DNA of 64,000 nucleotides, from contig NC_052162.1 of the NCBI RefSeq assembly GCF_902713615.1, forward strand, positions 61,309,913 to 61,373,912, read 5' to 3'. How positions within the stretch are numbered: position 1 is the stretch's first letter; every line of letters begins with the position of its first letter. Of this stretch, positions 14,115-26,736 are shown one piece after another. Source of the DNA: Scyliorhinus canicula (Eukaryota). The notes under the pieces were generated by a model. It made no database searches, was not told where the DNA came from, and saw nothing but the letters and a program-made list of their open reading frames with translations. The translations under genes were made by a program, and so were the position numbers.

Positions 14115-14862
14115 GCTGGAATTGGATTGGATTTGTTTATTGTCACGTGTACCAAGGTGCAGTGAAAAGTATTTTTCTGCGAGCAGCTCAACAGATCATT
14201 AAGTGCATGGGAAGAAAAGGGAATAAAAGAAAATACATAATAGGGCAACACAAGGTATACAATATAACTACATAGAAATCGGATGAAGCATACAGGGTGT
14301 AGTGTTAATGAGGCAAGTCCATAAGAGGATAATTTAGGAGTCTGGTAACAGTCTGTTCGTGCGTGTTCAGGCTTCTGTATCTCCTGCCTGCTGGAAGAAG
14401 TTGGAAGAGTGAGTAAGCCGGGTGGGAGGGGTCTTTGATTATGCTGCCCGCTTTCCCCAGGCAGCAGGAGGTGCAAATGGAGTCAATGGATGGGAGGCAG
14501 GTTCGTGTGATGGACTGGGTGGTGTTCATGACTTTCTGAAGTTTCTTGCGGTCCTGGGCCAAGCAGTTGCCATACTAGGCTGATGCAGCCAGATAGGATG
14601 CTTTCTATGGTGCATCTGTAAAAGTTGGTACGGGTTAATGTGGACATGCCGAATTTCTTTAGTTTCCTGAGGAAGTATAGGCGCTGTTGTGCTTTCTTGG
14701 TGATAGCGTCAACGTGGGTGGACCAGCACAGATTTTTGGAAATGTGCAGCTCTAGGAATTTGAAACTTAACCATCTCCACCTCGGCCCCGTTGATGCTGA
14801 CAGGTAGTGTACAGTACTTTGCTTCCTGAAGTCAATGACCAGCTCTTTAGTTTAGCTGGCAT
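14115..14862 (-). mobile_element. Rex1/Babar-type LINE 3' fragment
   Basis: LYFLRKL..FGMS...[29 protein letters not shown]; (CCAAT)n tail. Confidence 0.75.
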
Positions 14863-15568
14863 TGTCAGCCGGTTGGTAAAAATGGGTCCCCAGAAGAAAA
14901 GTTTGAAAAACACTGGCCTAGACGATTGCGAGTGGTCCTGGCTTCCTGCCATATGCTGACAGATATCTGGCCTAGTGGACTCTGTTTTTGGTTGGTTGCT
15001 CACTCACCGTCCTCAGCAGCCCTGGAGATCGAGAGTTGTCCTGTTGCTCCATGGATGGCTGTTGGCCAGAGTCTCCTCCTCGCCTCACTCAGGCTTCAAG
15101 GCATCCACCCCGATTTCAGTCGGCAATCTCACTTTTGCCTCAGGCTGCCCACCAGATAGCTGGCTGCTGCTTTGAACCTTTACTCAATGTAAGTTAGAAT
15201 TTCAGAATTTCAGAAATTTCACACTAATTCCGAAGATCTGTGTCTGAACTGTTACAAGTCTCCACCATCTCTCAACACCTGGCAATACCCATTTTCCTGC
15301 TGTAAAGAGGAGTCCACGAATGTTAGCCCGATGTTGTTCTGTATTGCCTGATGGGCTTGTTCAAATGTCTTGAGCTATCAGGCTCGGATCGGAGCGCTGA
15401 TGGCAACCCCACCACAATAGTCACTACTTCATATGGGGCCCCCCAGTGACCAGGTCCCTGCACTGTATGTTTCACTAAAAATCCACTTCTGCCTGTTAGA
15501 GCCAGCAAGGGTAGCTCCACAGAAATCAGGGTATGTTTATAAAGAGCACTCTGATCAGCACTGAAGTG

Positions 15569-15788
15569 TGTGGTAAACCGCTGTATTGTATTATACCTGC
15601 TGTATGTAACATGCCTGGGCTTGCCCCTGCTGGCTCCGCCTGTGGCCCCTCCCCTCAGGCTCTGGTATAAAGGTGGCCAACCTCCGGCTCTGCCTTCAGT
15701 CTGGGGCCGGCTGCCAGCAGGTATCTTTAAGCTAATTAAAGCCACAGTTTCACTCAACTCGTCCTCTGTCGTTATTGATGGTACGTCA
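15569..15788 (+). repeat. Gypsy 5' LTR
   Basis: 220 bp, TATAAA at 15667, ATTAAA at 15735; direct repeat of 18585-18803. Confidence 0.92.
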
Positions 15789-18584
15789 ATTTAATTAGCT
15801 TGAAGTTTTAAGATGGACCAATCACGCAAACCTGATTGCCTGGAGCTGGACCCCCAAGCAGCCACGCCACTACCACGTTCGAACACTGGCTACGCTGCTT
15901 TGAATCCTACATCGAATCCTCCGCTGTCTCAGAGACCCACAAGCTGCGAATTCTCAACTCTTGGGTGAGCCCGCAAGTATACCTTATTATCAGGGACGCT
16001 GCCTCGTACGCAGATGCGATAACGCTGTTGGAAGGACAGTATGTCAGGAAAGTCAACGAGGTGTACGCTAGGCATCTTGCCACGAGGCGACAGCGTCCCA
16101 GAGAATCACAAGCTGAACTTCTGCGTGCATTGCGGGTACTTGGCCAGAACTGCAATTGTAAGGCGGTATTGGTTGTCTAGCACAGAGTTGTTGATCCGGG
16201 AGGCCTATGTCGCAGGCATAAATTTAAATTACACCCGCCAGCGCCTACTCGACCTCCAAGAGACAGTATAGCTTTCGGACTCGTTAGAAGTGGCTCTCCA
16301 CAACATGGATGCCCACACCTGACCATGCGGCACCCTCGTGGATGTCGTGGGCGCCGCCATCACCCGACCCGGGGGCGCCACAAGCCTGGGCTGTGCAGCA
16401 ACCTGCCAATTCCGGTGACCTAAAGTGCTACTGGGGCTCGTTTTCCAGTGCCATCTCAAAAGTGTTACCTTGGAGTTCAATGGACCCCTGCCCACCCCCA
16501 CCATCTGTAGCCTCTCGACCCTTAAGATCGCCCCACCCCCGCTCTTCGCTAACCTCACCCCGGACTGTAAGCCCGTCGCCACGAGGAGCAGACAATAGAG
16601 AGCTTTATCAGGTCGGAGGTCCAGTGACTCCTGCGGGAAGGGATCATAGAGGCCAGTACTAGCCCCTGGAGAGCCCAAGTGGCGGTCAAGACTGGAAGAG
16701 AAACACCGGTTGGTCGACTACAGTCAGACCATCAACCAGTACACGCAGCCCGATGCGTACTCCCTCCCCCCCGCATATCTGACATGGTTAATCAGATTGC
16801 GCAGTACCGCGTCTTCTCCACCATTGATCTGAAGTCCGCGTAACACCAGCTCCCTATCTGCCCGGAGGACACCCAATACACTACCTTAGAGGCAGATGGC
16901 CGCCTCTATCACTTCCTCAGGGTCCTCTTCAAAGTCACCAATGGGGTCTTGGCCTTCCAACGGGAGATGGATCAAATGGTTGACCAGTACGAGCTGCGGG
17001 CCACGTTCCGGTATCTGGAAATGTCCCCATCTGCGACCATGACCTGGAGGACCAGGACGCTAACCTCCAAAAATTCTTCCTTTACAATAAAGGAGAAATG
17101 CGTTTTCCGCACAACCCACCAAGCCGTCCTTGGCTACATTGTGGAAAACGGAGCCTGACCCCGACTGCGTGCGCCCCCTTCTGGAACTTCCCCTTCCCTA
17201 CTGCCTCAAGGCCCCGAAGAGATGCCTGGGGTTCTTTTCCTACTACGCCCAATAGATCCCTAATTATGTGGATAAGGCCCGCCCACTCATTAAATCCACC
17301 CTTTTTCCCCTGACAGCCAAGGCCCATCTGGCCTTCAACCACATCAAAGCAGATATTGCCAAGGCTGTAATGCACGCAGTTGATGAGACCATCCCGTTCC
17401 AGGTGGAGAACGATGCATCGGACTTTGCTCTGGCTGCTACCCTCAACCAGGTGGGCAGGCCTGTGGCTTTCTTCTCCCATACCCTCCAGAGCTCCGAAAT
17501 GCGACACTCCATCGAAAAGGAAGCCCAAGCCACTTTGGAAGCTGTGCGACATTGGAGGCATTATGTGCCAGCAGGCGATTCAGTCTCCTCACTGACCAAC
17601 GGTCGGTTGTCTTCATGTTCAATAACACACAGCGGGACAAGATCAAGAATGACAAGATCCTAAGATGGAGGATGGCACTCTCCACCTATAATTATGATAT
17701 CTTGTATTGACCTGGGAAGCTCAATGAGCTCCCAGATGCCCTATCCCGCAGTATATGTGCCAGCGCCCAAGTAGAATGACTTTGGGCCCTCCACAATGAC
17801 CTCTGTCACCTGGTTTTTCCATTTTATCAAGGCCCGCAACCTGCCTTACTCCATCGAGGAGGTCAGGACCATGACCAGGGACTGCCAGGTCTGCGCGGGT
17901 GCAAACCACACTTCTGTCAGCCAGACTGAGCACACCTGGTAAAGGCCTCCGCCCCTTTGAGCACCTCAGCGTCGATTTCAAAGGGCCCCTCCCCTCCACT
18001 GACCGTAACGTGCACTTCCTCAGCATCATTGAGTACTCACGTTTCCCTTTCGCCATCCCATGCCCTGACATGACCTCTGCCACAGTCATCAAGAGCCTGC
18101 ACGGCCTCTTCACCTTGTTCGGTTTCCTCAACTCCATCCATAGTGTTCGGGGTTCCTCCTTCATGAATGATGAGCTGCGTCAGTTCCTGCTTAGCAAGGG
18201 CATCGCCTTAAGCAGGACTACCAGCTACAACCCCCGGGGGAACAGACAGGTGGAGAGGGAGAATGCAACGGTCTGGAAGGCCGTCCTTCTTGCCCTACAG
18301 TCTAGAAGTATCCGTCTCCCGCTGGCAGGAGGCCCCCCCCCCCCGATGCGCTCCACTCCATCTGGTAGCTCCTGTGTACCGCCAGGCACTTATCTACTTG
18401 GTGAAGCAAAGACAACACACTCCTGGACACGTAGGCCTCAACACTTCATCCGACACCAGCATCCACACCACAGCCGGGACTGCGACGGTCACAGCGGAAA
18501 GTCAAAGCCCCCGACAGACTGATATATAATTCAACCCATCCACTTCACCCCCACTGGACTCTTTTTTTAAAAATAGGGGGTGAA

Positions 18585-18803
18585 TGTGGTAAACCGCTGT
18601 ATTGCATTATACCTGCTGTATGCAACATCCCTGGGCTTGCCCCTGTTGGCTCTGCCTGTGGCTCCTCCCCTCGGGCTCTGGTATAAAAGGTGGCCAACCT
18701 CCAGCCCTGCCTTCAGTCTTGGGCCGGCTGCCAGCAGGTATCTTTAAGCTAATTAAAGCCACAGTTTCACTCAACTCGTTCTGTCGTTATTGATGGTACA
18801 TCA
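18585..18803 (+). repeat. Gypsy 3' LTR
   Basis: About 11 substitutions and 2 small indels versus the 5' LTR (manual count). Confidence 0.92.
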
Positions 18804-18827
18804 GAGAGCAACTCTTCATCCCCTACC

Positions 18828-18850
18828 CCCTCTCCTCTCCTCCTCTTCTT

Positions 18851-18881
<31 letters not shown>

Positions 18882-18900
18882 ACCACCACCACCACCACCA
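18828..18900 (+). repeat. (CCT)n/(CCA)n microsatellite
   Basis: Directly visible. Confidence 0.85.
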
Positions 18901-19370
18901 CAGCCCCATAAAGATATCAGGGGCTTCCTACCCACCCTGCACCATTATTGGGGACCCTCTCTTTCTCCCCACCCAAGCACCTTGATATCACGTCAGCAGA
19001 GTTCGAGTATTCAGTGAGTGGATCATGTAGAGTGTAGACCATTTAATAATTTGTAAATTAATTAAAATGCATTTAGATGGGCTTCCTGCCCTTTGTGGGC
19101 AGGAATCTCGCTAAGTCACCAGCAAGGAAAGGGAAAATCAGGAAATGACCTCACATCGGCTGAAATCCTGTTCCCGACTCTTGGGGAGATTTTGTGCCAG
19201 TGCCACAGTTTAGGTTCACAGGGAACGCAAGCACAAAATCATCGTCGTCATCACTATTGTAATGTAGGAAACATGGGAGCCAACATTTGAACAGAACAAG
19301 GCCAAAATGATCAATTAACATTGCCAAAAAGAAAGAAACCAGATTGAGTGATAGATTTTGATTTGGACAT

Positions 19371-19763
19371 TGTCATAATATACACACAAGTATATGATGG
19401 TGCATAGACAGACACACTGAATGACCAATGAGCACACAGAACACAGCAGCCAATCACCAGACAGGACACGGACACTATAAAGCCAGAGGGCACTAGTTTT
19501 CCCACTCTCTTGGGATGCAGCCTCTGAGACAGCCAGAGCCCGTGATCAGCAACACAAACATCTACCATGTGCTAGTAGTATAGTCTGGTCAGGTTAGCCT
19601 CAGGTCTCCAGTCAACCTAACAGTGTCAACCCACAGTGCTACTATGTTTAACAGCTCATAGTTAAATAAAATAGAGTTGTACTTCTATAAGTGTTGGTAG
19701 CCTGTCTCTCTCACTGCTATGGTAAATGCAGTCCTCACAGACCCCAGCATACCCAACACATCA
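19371..19763 (+). mobile_element. Solo LTR, 393 bp
   Basis: TGTCA...CATCA ends; CCAAT boxes, TATAAA ~19476, AATAAA ~19665; flanked by GACAT/GACAC (5-bp TSD with one mismatch). Confidence 0.75.
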
Positions 19764-19795
19764 GACACAACTGCTCTTCAAAATAGTGCCATGGA

Positions 19796-20190
19796 ATTTC
19801 ATAGAATTTACAGTGCAGAAGGAGGCCATTTGGCCCATCGAGTCTGCACCGGCTCTTGGAATGAGCAACCTACCCAAGCACATACCTCCACCCTATCCCC
19901 ATAACCCAGTAACCCCACCTAACACTAAGGACAATTTGGACCCCGAGGGCCCTGAGATCCTGCTCCTAGTTATTTCCACAATACAGGCAGGCTGTTGGGG
20001 CCTTGGTTTAATGATACGGCGCTGAGGACCCGGGCTCAATCCCACCCTGGGATACTGTCCGTGTCGTGTTTGCACATTCTCACCGTGTCTGTGTGGGTCT
20101 CGCCCCCACAACTTAGAAGATGCGCAGGGTAGGTGTATTGGGCACGCTAAATTGACCCTTAATTGGAAACTCTATTTTATTTTATTTTTT
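19796..20190. mobile_element. Two SINE pieces: HE1-like tail (-, 19796-19940) and short SINE (+, ~19985-20190)
   Basis: Similar to 45510-45865 and 55693-55923 respectively. Confidence 0.65.
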
Positions 20191-20599
20191 TAAAAAGGGC
20201 ACCTCTAATAATGCAATATTCCCTCAGTCCTGAACCAGAATGTCAGGCCTAATTTTGGTACTCAAGCCCTTAAGTGGTAGTTGAACCCAGATTTTTGTGA
20301 CTCAGTCAAGAGAGCTACAAACCAAGCCACAGGCAATTAAAGACATAAAAACAGTAAACAGCCAACTGTCAGATATTTTCCTACCTTTTTCCGACATTAT
20401 GAATAACAGGCGGAGAGATCTTGGCAGGAGTTGAGATATGGAGAAGACTGACAGTCATACTGTGAACTTGTTTGGACCGTCTGCAGTGCGCACAAAGTGA
20501 AGTTCTGTTTGTGGACGAATGTCTCCCGAGACCACAACAACCACTGGAAACAGGGTGATGTTCTGGAGGTTGATTGTGAAGGGTTCATCTGGCTCTGGG

Positions 20600-21450
20600 G
20601 CCAATACTTTCAGATGTTGATTGCTCCAGTAAGGAGTGCAGCACAGGAATGGAGGTGTAGATACATGAAGTGGCTGTGCATTGGACAGGGCATCTCCAGC
20701 GAGTTGAGGATGTGGATTGGAAGGGCATGCTGTAGGGGATCGAGTGGGAATGTTAAGAGAGCATCTCATAGGCAGAGAAGGTATTACCCAGTTGAAAGAG
20801 AAAAGGGGTAATGTCAGAAGTTCTGCTTTGTTGAGACGTCTTAAACATCCATGCCCTCAAAGGCAGTACCTATGGTGTAGCTGTGGTGGATCTGTGAAAC
20901 ACTACAACAGGAGTTGATGCCAATGATAAGTGACACACATCCAATGCCTATAGCATTAAAGATGGTGTTGATACTTAACTCTTTATCTGTGATTAGTTCT
21001 GTGGATTGTCTAGAGAACCACGTGGCATGGCTGCTCACGGCCCGTTGCCATATGAAGGAGTATATGGGTGCCATGTACCGTTGGGTTGGCCAATATATCA
21101 TGTTCGCAACCAATCAGGCCAGACGGCTTCAGGGCCAAGGCCGGATTTTCCTACATGTAGTGGATCATTGTTCGCTCTCATGTGCTCATCACGACTCCCT
21201 CAGGGTGATTCTTGCGAACAAGAATTAGTTCAACTCCCTGAATGTTAAATTTAACAGGGTCCAAAGTGGTTCATGCAGGTGTGTGTGTTCGGGGTTTCTG
21301 GGAAGCTGCCATGATTCTGTAGGCCACCCAAATGCCATCGTAACTGGATCCTGGGGACAAGGGGTATCCACTTAAATCATGGCGAGAATGTGCAAGAACC
21401 CTTAGGCAAAGGACACATACAACCATTGAGATGTGGCTTTAAGTGGCATT
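20600..21450 (+). pseudogene. Decayed PIF/Harbinger DDE transposase
   Basis: Remnant motifs NSLNV, GSCHDS and WILGDKGYPLKSW (HARBI1-like), with stops and frameshifts. Confidence 0.65.
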
Positions 21451-21736
21451 ATCAAGCACAATCACCACTTCAGCAAACCTCTCTCCTTCAGGGAGAGGCA
21501 GTGGCATAGTGATATTGTCAGAGACTCAGGATAATGAAACAAACACAAAATGGTGGAAAATCTCAGCATGTCTGACAGCATCTGTGGAGAGAGAACAGTG
21601 TCTGGATGACACTGGGGAGTGTCAATATCAGCCCCTTTCATATCTCGCTTGCAGGTGACCTTGCAGCAGAGGTATGAATGCTCAGGAGATCATGACACAG
21701 TGGCCAAATTCACCACACAGGAAGTCTTTGCTGTTA

Positions 21737-23520
21737 CATAGGAATTAGGGGAAGTAGGCAATTCAGCCCTTCGAGCCTGCAACACCATTTAATCAGATCA
21801 TGGCTGATCTCTTCCTGGTCTCACATTCACTTCCCTGCCTTTTCCCCATATCCCTTGAACCAGTTTAAAAAAAAAAAAAATCAGAAATATATCAATCTCC
21901 TTCTTGAAACCATTTAACGATTCAGATTCCCTGCACTATGGGGCAGCGAGTTCCACAAACCCACCACCCTCTGCGAGAAGTATTTCCTCATCTCAGTTTT
22001 AAATCTACCACATCAAACTATATTCGTGACCCCTCATTTTAGATTGCCCCACAAGGGGGAACATTTGGTCTACGTTGTAGCCACCTGGGGTGGCCACTGC
22101 CCAACACAAAATGGAAGATTGCAAGGAATGCAGGGAAAATGGACATGTTGTAAAGCAAGCAGCTTGCAAAGCGATTGTATATTGGGACGACTGCAGAAAC
22201 CAGTTTTGACTGTTGCAGAAACCAGACAGCACTGTGAAAAGAAACCAGTTAACATACTAATGAGGCGATACCAGGCGATCCCCAGATACAATGGAAACAA
22301 GTTAAACACAGATCGATACATTCTATGGAAGGCCAGACCCTTTGGCGCCAGAGGAGCCCAAAACAATAAGTCCCAAGAACCGCCCCAGTGACCGAGGAAC
22401 TGCCCCATGATTGGGGGATTGGGAAGAGACCCAATCAATTCCAAGCAGGTAAAGGAATCCGCCCAAAGGGGCGCGGATCCCCTGGGACCTATAAAAGAAA
22501 GGTCCCACACATGGTTCAGTCTCCTGTTCCAGCCTTCGGACAGCAGCCACCAACAAGTAAGTGCCTCCCAACGACCGCTACCAGAGATGGGCACTCCTGA
22601 CCCCCTTTTTAATTGATACCAACCTGAAGTCTGAAGACCAGAGCAGAGCAAGAGGCCTTGTTCCCTGACCCAGCAATTCCTTCAAAATAAGTATTAGTTG
22701 TTTAGCGGTAGGAATAAGTTTAATCCTTTTAGCGTGTGCATGGGTAGTTATTATAATTGTATTATAATAAACTCTAGTTGTTTGGACTTACTAATTGGTG
22801 TACGGTTTTATTGCTTTGAACTTCACCTTTAAGCTTGTGGCGGTGTCTTAACGACACCTGGCGACTCCAGAGCTTAGACAAGAAACAGAGCCAAATTGAG
22901 TGTTCAGCACACTCACCACAGAACAACGTTTACTTTATCAATCCCTTTTAGTATCTTATATACCTCGGTCAGATTCCCTCTCATTCTTATAAACTCGAGT
23001 GTATAAGCCCAAACTGTTTAATCTCTCCTCATAAGTCAATCCTTTCATCCCTGGAATCAATCTGGTGAACCTTCTCTGAACTGCCTCCACATCCTTCCTC
23101 AAATAAGGAGACCAAAACCGGACACAATAATCCAGATGTGGTCTCACCAAACACACTATACAATTGCGACATTTTTCTACTGCAGCTCTTTTGCAATAAA
23201 TGCCAAAATCCCATTTGCCTTTATTAGCTACTGTATCTGCATACCGACTTCCTGAAATTCATGAACAAAGACACCCAGGTCCCTCTGCCCAGACACATTT
23301 TGAATCTGCTTTCCATTTAGCCAATAATTTGCCTATTTTTTCAGCCAAAATGGATAACCTCACACTTACCCACATTAAACGCCATCTTCCAAATTTGGAT
23401 CCATTCTCCTAGCCTATCCAAATCCATCTAAACTCTATGTCGCCTCTTCACTGCCTGTTTGCCCACCTATTTTAATATCATCCACACATTTTGCTATGTC
23501 ACACTGTCCCTTCTTGCAGA
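21737..23520 (-). mobile_element. CR1 LINE 3' part, split by a solo LTR
   Basis: LVRPHLDYCVRFWSPYLRKD...VQRRFTRLIPGM; 3' UTR at ~21740. Confidence 0.8.
22076..22925 (+). mobile_element. Solo LTR, 850 bp, 4-bp TSD (ERV1/epsilon-like or Gypsy)
   Basis: TGTAG...GAACA ends; TSD ACGT at 22072-22075 and 22926-22929; TATAAAA at 22490, AATAAA at 22766; CR1 sequence resumes across it. Confidence 0.85.
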
Positions 23521-23801
23521 TAACTTATACATGTTACCGTATGCATTTAGGTTATCTACAGAGGGTGTCTACTTACGTAACAGAACTGATGGAAAGTTGT
23601 TCAGCTTTGTCTTGGATCTCAGCCGTGCAAAGGAGATAATGCACTAACATTTCAATGTAATTAGTCCAATAATTGCTAACAATCAATAAGTCTCCAATGG
23701 TATATTGCCTAATTATGTAACCTAATTTAATCTAAGTTATTGGTGCAAGTAGACACAATGGTTCATTTGCTTTGTTAAATGTAACATATAAATGCAATGT
23801 T

Positions 23802-24017
23802 TTAAAAAAAATATACATTTAGATTGCCCAATTCATTTTTACCAATGGGCAATTTAGCATGGGCAATCTACCTACTCTGCACATCTTTGAGTTGTGGGGG
23901 AGAAACCCACGCAAACACGGGGAGAATATGCAAACCACACGGACAGTGACCCAGGCCCGAGATCGAACCTGAGACCTCGGCACCGTAAGGCAGCAGTGCT
24001 ATCCACTGCGCCACCCT
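23802..24017 (-). mobile_element. Short SINE with 15-bp TSD
   Basis: TSD TATAAATGCAATGTT at 23787-23801 and 24018-24032; B box ggttcgatc. Confidence 0.85.
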
Positions 24018-24289
24018 TATAAATGCAATGTTAAAGGCAATAATAAATCCTACTGTAAGCATGACATATTCAATACACAAAACATCACTGTTAATGTTAA
24101 AGTGCCTTAATTGATATTTTAATTACTATAAATTATCAATAATCAAATAAAAATATAGATAGTAATAATTACTGAAAAATTGAGTCCAGATGGGGCTATG
24201 CTCTGTAACTTCACAAACACTTACTTAAATGCTGTGCAGCATTACTTAACAAATAAAATGTTTTCAAATTTAATGCACATGAAATTCTA

Positions 24290-26667
24290 TGTTTAAACAA
24301 TTTATTTTTACCATTCAATATAACGCAAAGTACAAGAGCGAAAGCTTCTTATACACTGCCACAATTTATAGATAATTACAGTTGTGATTAATACACTTTA
24401 CCAAGAGCAAGATTCTATGATTTTATTTAATACATTTCCATTTTATGCAGTTTGAAAACTTGGACAGTGATCTGAATATGCATCCTCTCTGGGAGCCTGG
24501 TGTGTGATGGATGCAATTTGTTTAGAGGCCAGTATTTCACATGAATCTTCGATTAGCAAGACGACCATACTCTATAAACCATGGAGTCTATTGGAAAACG
24601 TTAGTGAAGATTGTGGGCATATCAGCAAGGCGAGGCATGGGACGTACCAGTGAGCTACTAGAGCTATTACCCAATTAATTTAAAAAAAGGACAGCTTTCA
24701 TTACACCTAGGGATGTTTTAATCTACACAAGTGCTCTGGAAGTCAAGTATGAAGTGACAACATAAAGGAACCAAAGAATATATCTTGATAAAATATATAA
24801 TAGTCACTAAGTATCACTTGCTCCAGAAATCATATACCAATTCAAAATCCTCCTTCTGTAAATTTATGCTTAAAGGAAAGATGTGACAGCACAAATGCAA
24901 GTTGCAACACTAATGACTGCCCATTGAGCAGACTCTTGGGAAGTGGGTGTTCATTAACAGATTTGCCGTAAAAACACCAAACTAAAATACTAGCACAACA
25001 TATTTGTGAAAAAGTGTTGTTTTAGCTCCAATTGTGACAACCCAGTTGCAGGAGGCTATGTTTATACTTGATGATAGCTCTTAAAGAAATAATGTCTATA
25101 ATCACAGGTTGATACTTGGATATAACCCTCCCATCTTGCTCCAATATTGGTAGAAAACAGTATAAATGCTACAATTCTTACTGGACATGGGCAAATTGAT
25201 TAATAGAAGCTATCCTGCACAGCATTTTTATCCAACAATTGGCACAACTGTGACCCAAGTGTTTGGCGATACAAATCAAATGAACAACAACAAAAAGACT
25301 TTCTTGCATTCTTGGGCCTGATTAGATTCCAGCATCAGCGTCAATATAAGCACTGAGAATTGGACAAACTGTCCAAAGCTCACTCTAGCCAAGAGCCTTA
25401 CTAGTTTCACTTCATGGAGCTGAGCTAGACACAAGTCCATATCCCATATATTTGAGCAGCGTTCTTATTCACAGTCACCCAGTCCTTCATGTCGGAAAGA
25501 ATGGGAGGTGAAGAGAGGGATGACCTTTGTTTATATTTAAATGGATGCAAATCTAGATCTCAGACATGAAAAGGCAGTGCCATTGTTTTTATCTAAAAAA
25601 AAACATGAAACCATGGGCCCCTGCGAACCCGAAGAGTCAAGTCCGTGTAATGACAGGAACTTATAGTTTTACAATTTTTAAAAGCTTGCTGCCTCTGGGT
25701 TCAGAAACTGCATCCTGGAGGCTGCCCAAAAAGCCGGTAGTTTAATTTAAATTGACACTCATGCATCTGCAAAGGGATCAAACTTGTACAAGCACACACT
25801 GTGAACCATCAAAAAAAAAAACAAAAGAAGTCTGGCTAACAAAACCTCTATATAGAGTAGTGTAACTAGTGACCAATTGGGAACACAATCACCATGGTAT
25901 TTGTACCACATCTGCTATGATTTGTTTGCTGGGATGTACTGTACATAAATACTGGCCACATGACTGGCATAATAAACATATTTACATTTTTTACATTGGT
26001 CCAGTAAGGATTTCCTTTAATTACGGCTCCATTCCACACATCCCTACTTTTGCATCTCAGTTGTGAAGATTTGCAACACTTATACACTTTCCAAACTGTT
26101 GAGAAATGGAGCAATTTGGCATAGAGAGGTGGATAGATGGTCAACACCCTGGATGCTCCAGAGGAAGCAGTGGCATCATCAGTTCCAACGTGGACAACCC
26201 AAGTTGTTGCATTCTTCTCAGATTTTACCAGGGGTACGGAGGAATCACCAAACAGAAAAGGAAGGCAATCGCAATTGACCTAGTACTACTCTAAATGGGT
26301 GATGACAGGAAAGTGTTCCTGCACACAATTTTAGAAAGTGCTCAACAGGTTGATTCAAGTCACTCAAAATAATGCACTATATTAATTTTAAAAAGTTTTT
26401 AGAACAATTATTTCACAATCACTGAATGCTCAAGAATAAAATATGGTTTTGTATTTCAGTTGTAATGCAGTAACTCCTTCAATTAATATGAAAGTATAAA
26501 AATGTCTGAAATATAAGGCAAGCAGAAACTATAGCCTTTCAATGCATGGTATTTGGAGGCAGAAAAGATGAAATATTACACGCAGACCTCCATTGAAATC
26601 CTCGTGCCAGTGGTTAAAACTAGATTTCTTCATTTTTCCTTCCGACGAACAGAACTATGGCTCTTAC
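24290..26667 (-). other. VAMP7: Probable VAMP7 3' UTR (~2.3 kb)
   Basis: AT-rich tract without recognisable repeats; minus-strand AATAAA at 24427-24422 and 24306-24301. Confidence 0.5.
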
Positions 26668-26736
26668 TCATTTCTTGATGCAAGTTGGCCATGAAAGACC
26701 TCCACATGCTGCTGACAAAATGATGTAAATGACAAC
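26668..26736 (-). CDS. VAMP7: VAMP7 terminal coding exon
   Basis: VVIYIILSAACGGLSWPTCIKK then TGA; acceptor cag. Confidence 0.97.
   Translation of the reverse strand, partial: VVIYIILSAACGGLSWPTCIKK

Larger units (their letters stand above)
15569..18803 (+). mobile_element. Ty3/Gypsy LTR retrotransposon, both LTRs present, internal region degenerate
   Basis: LTRs 15569-15788 and 18585-18803 (TG...CA). Gag from ATG 15813; RT (SPWRAQV, FSTIDLKSA); RNase H (ENDASDFAL); integrase (SVDFKGPLP). PPT aaaatagggggtgaa before the 3' LTR. Many frameshifts. Confidence 0.93.
19245..20335 (-). mobile_element. DeuSINE-like (SacSINE1/AmnSINE1-type) element split by later insertions
   Basis: Pieces at ~19245-19365, 19769-19795 and 20197-20335 are colinear with the copy at 29575-30070. 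Confidence 0.55.

Noticed and set aside
15560-18810. TSD for the Gypsy element
   Set aside because: Flanks AAGTG and GAGAG match only 3 of 5, so no TSD is claimed.
20600-21450. Domesticated HARBI1-like host gene
   Set aside because: Multiple stops and frameshifts; a decayed transposon.
22070-22651. 193-aa minus-strand ORF
   Set aside because: Lies inside a solo LTR and has no recognisable domain; a chance ORF.
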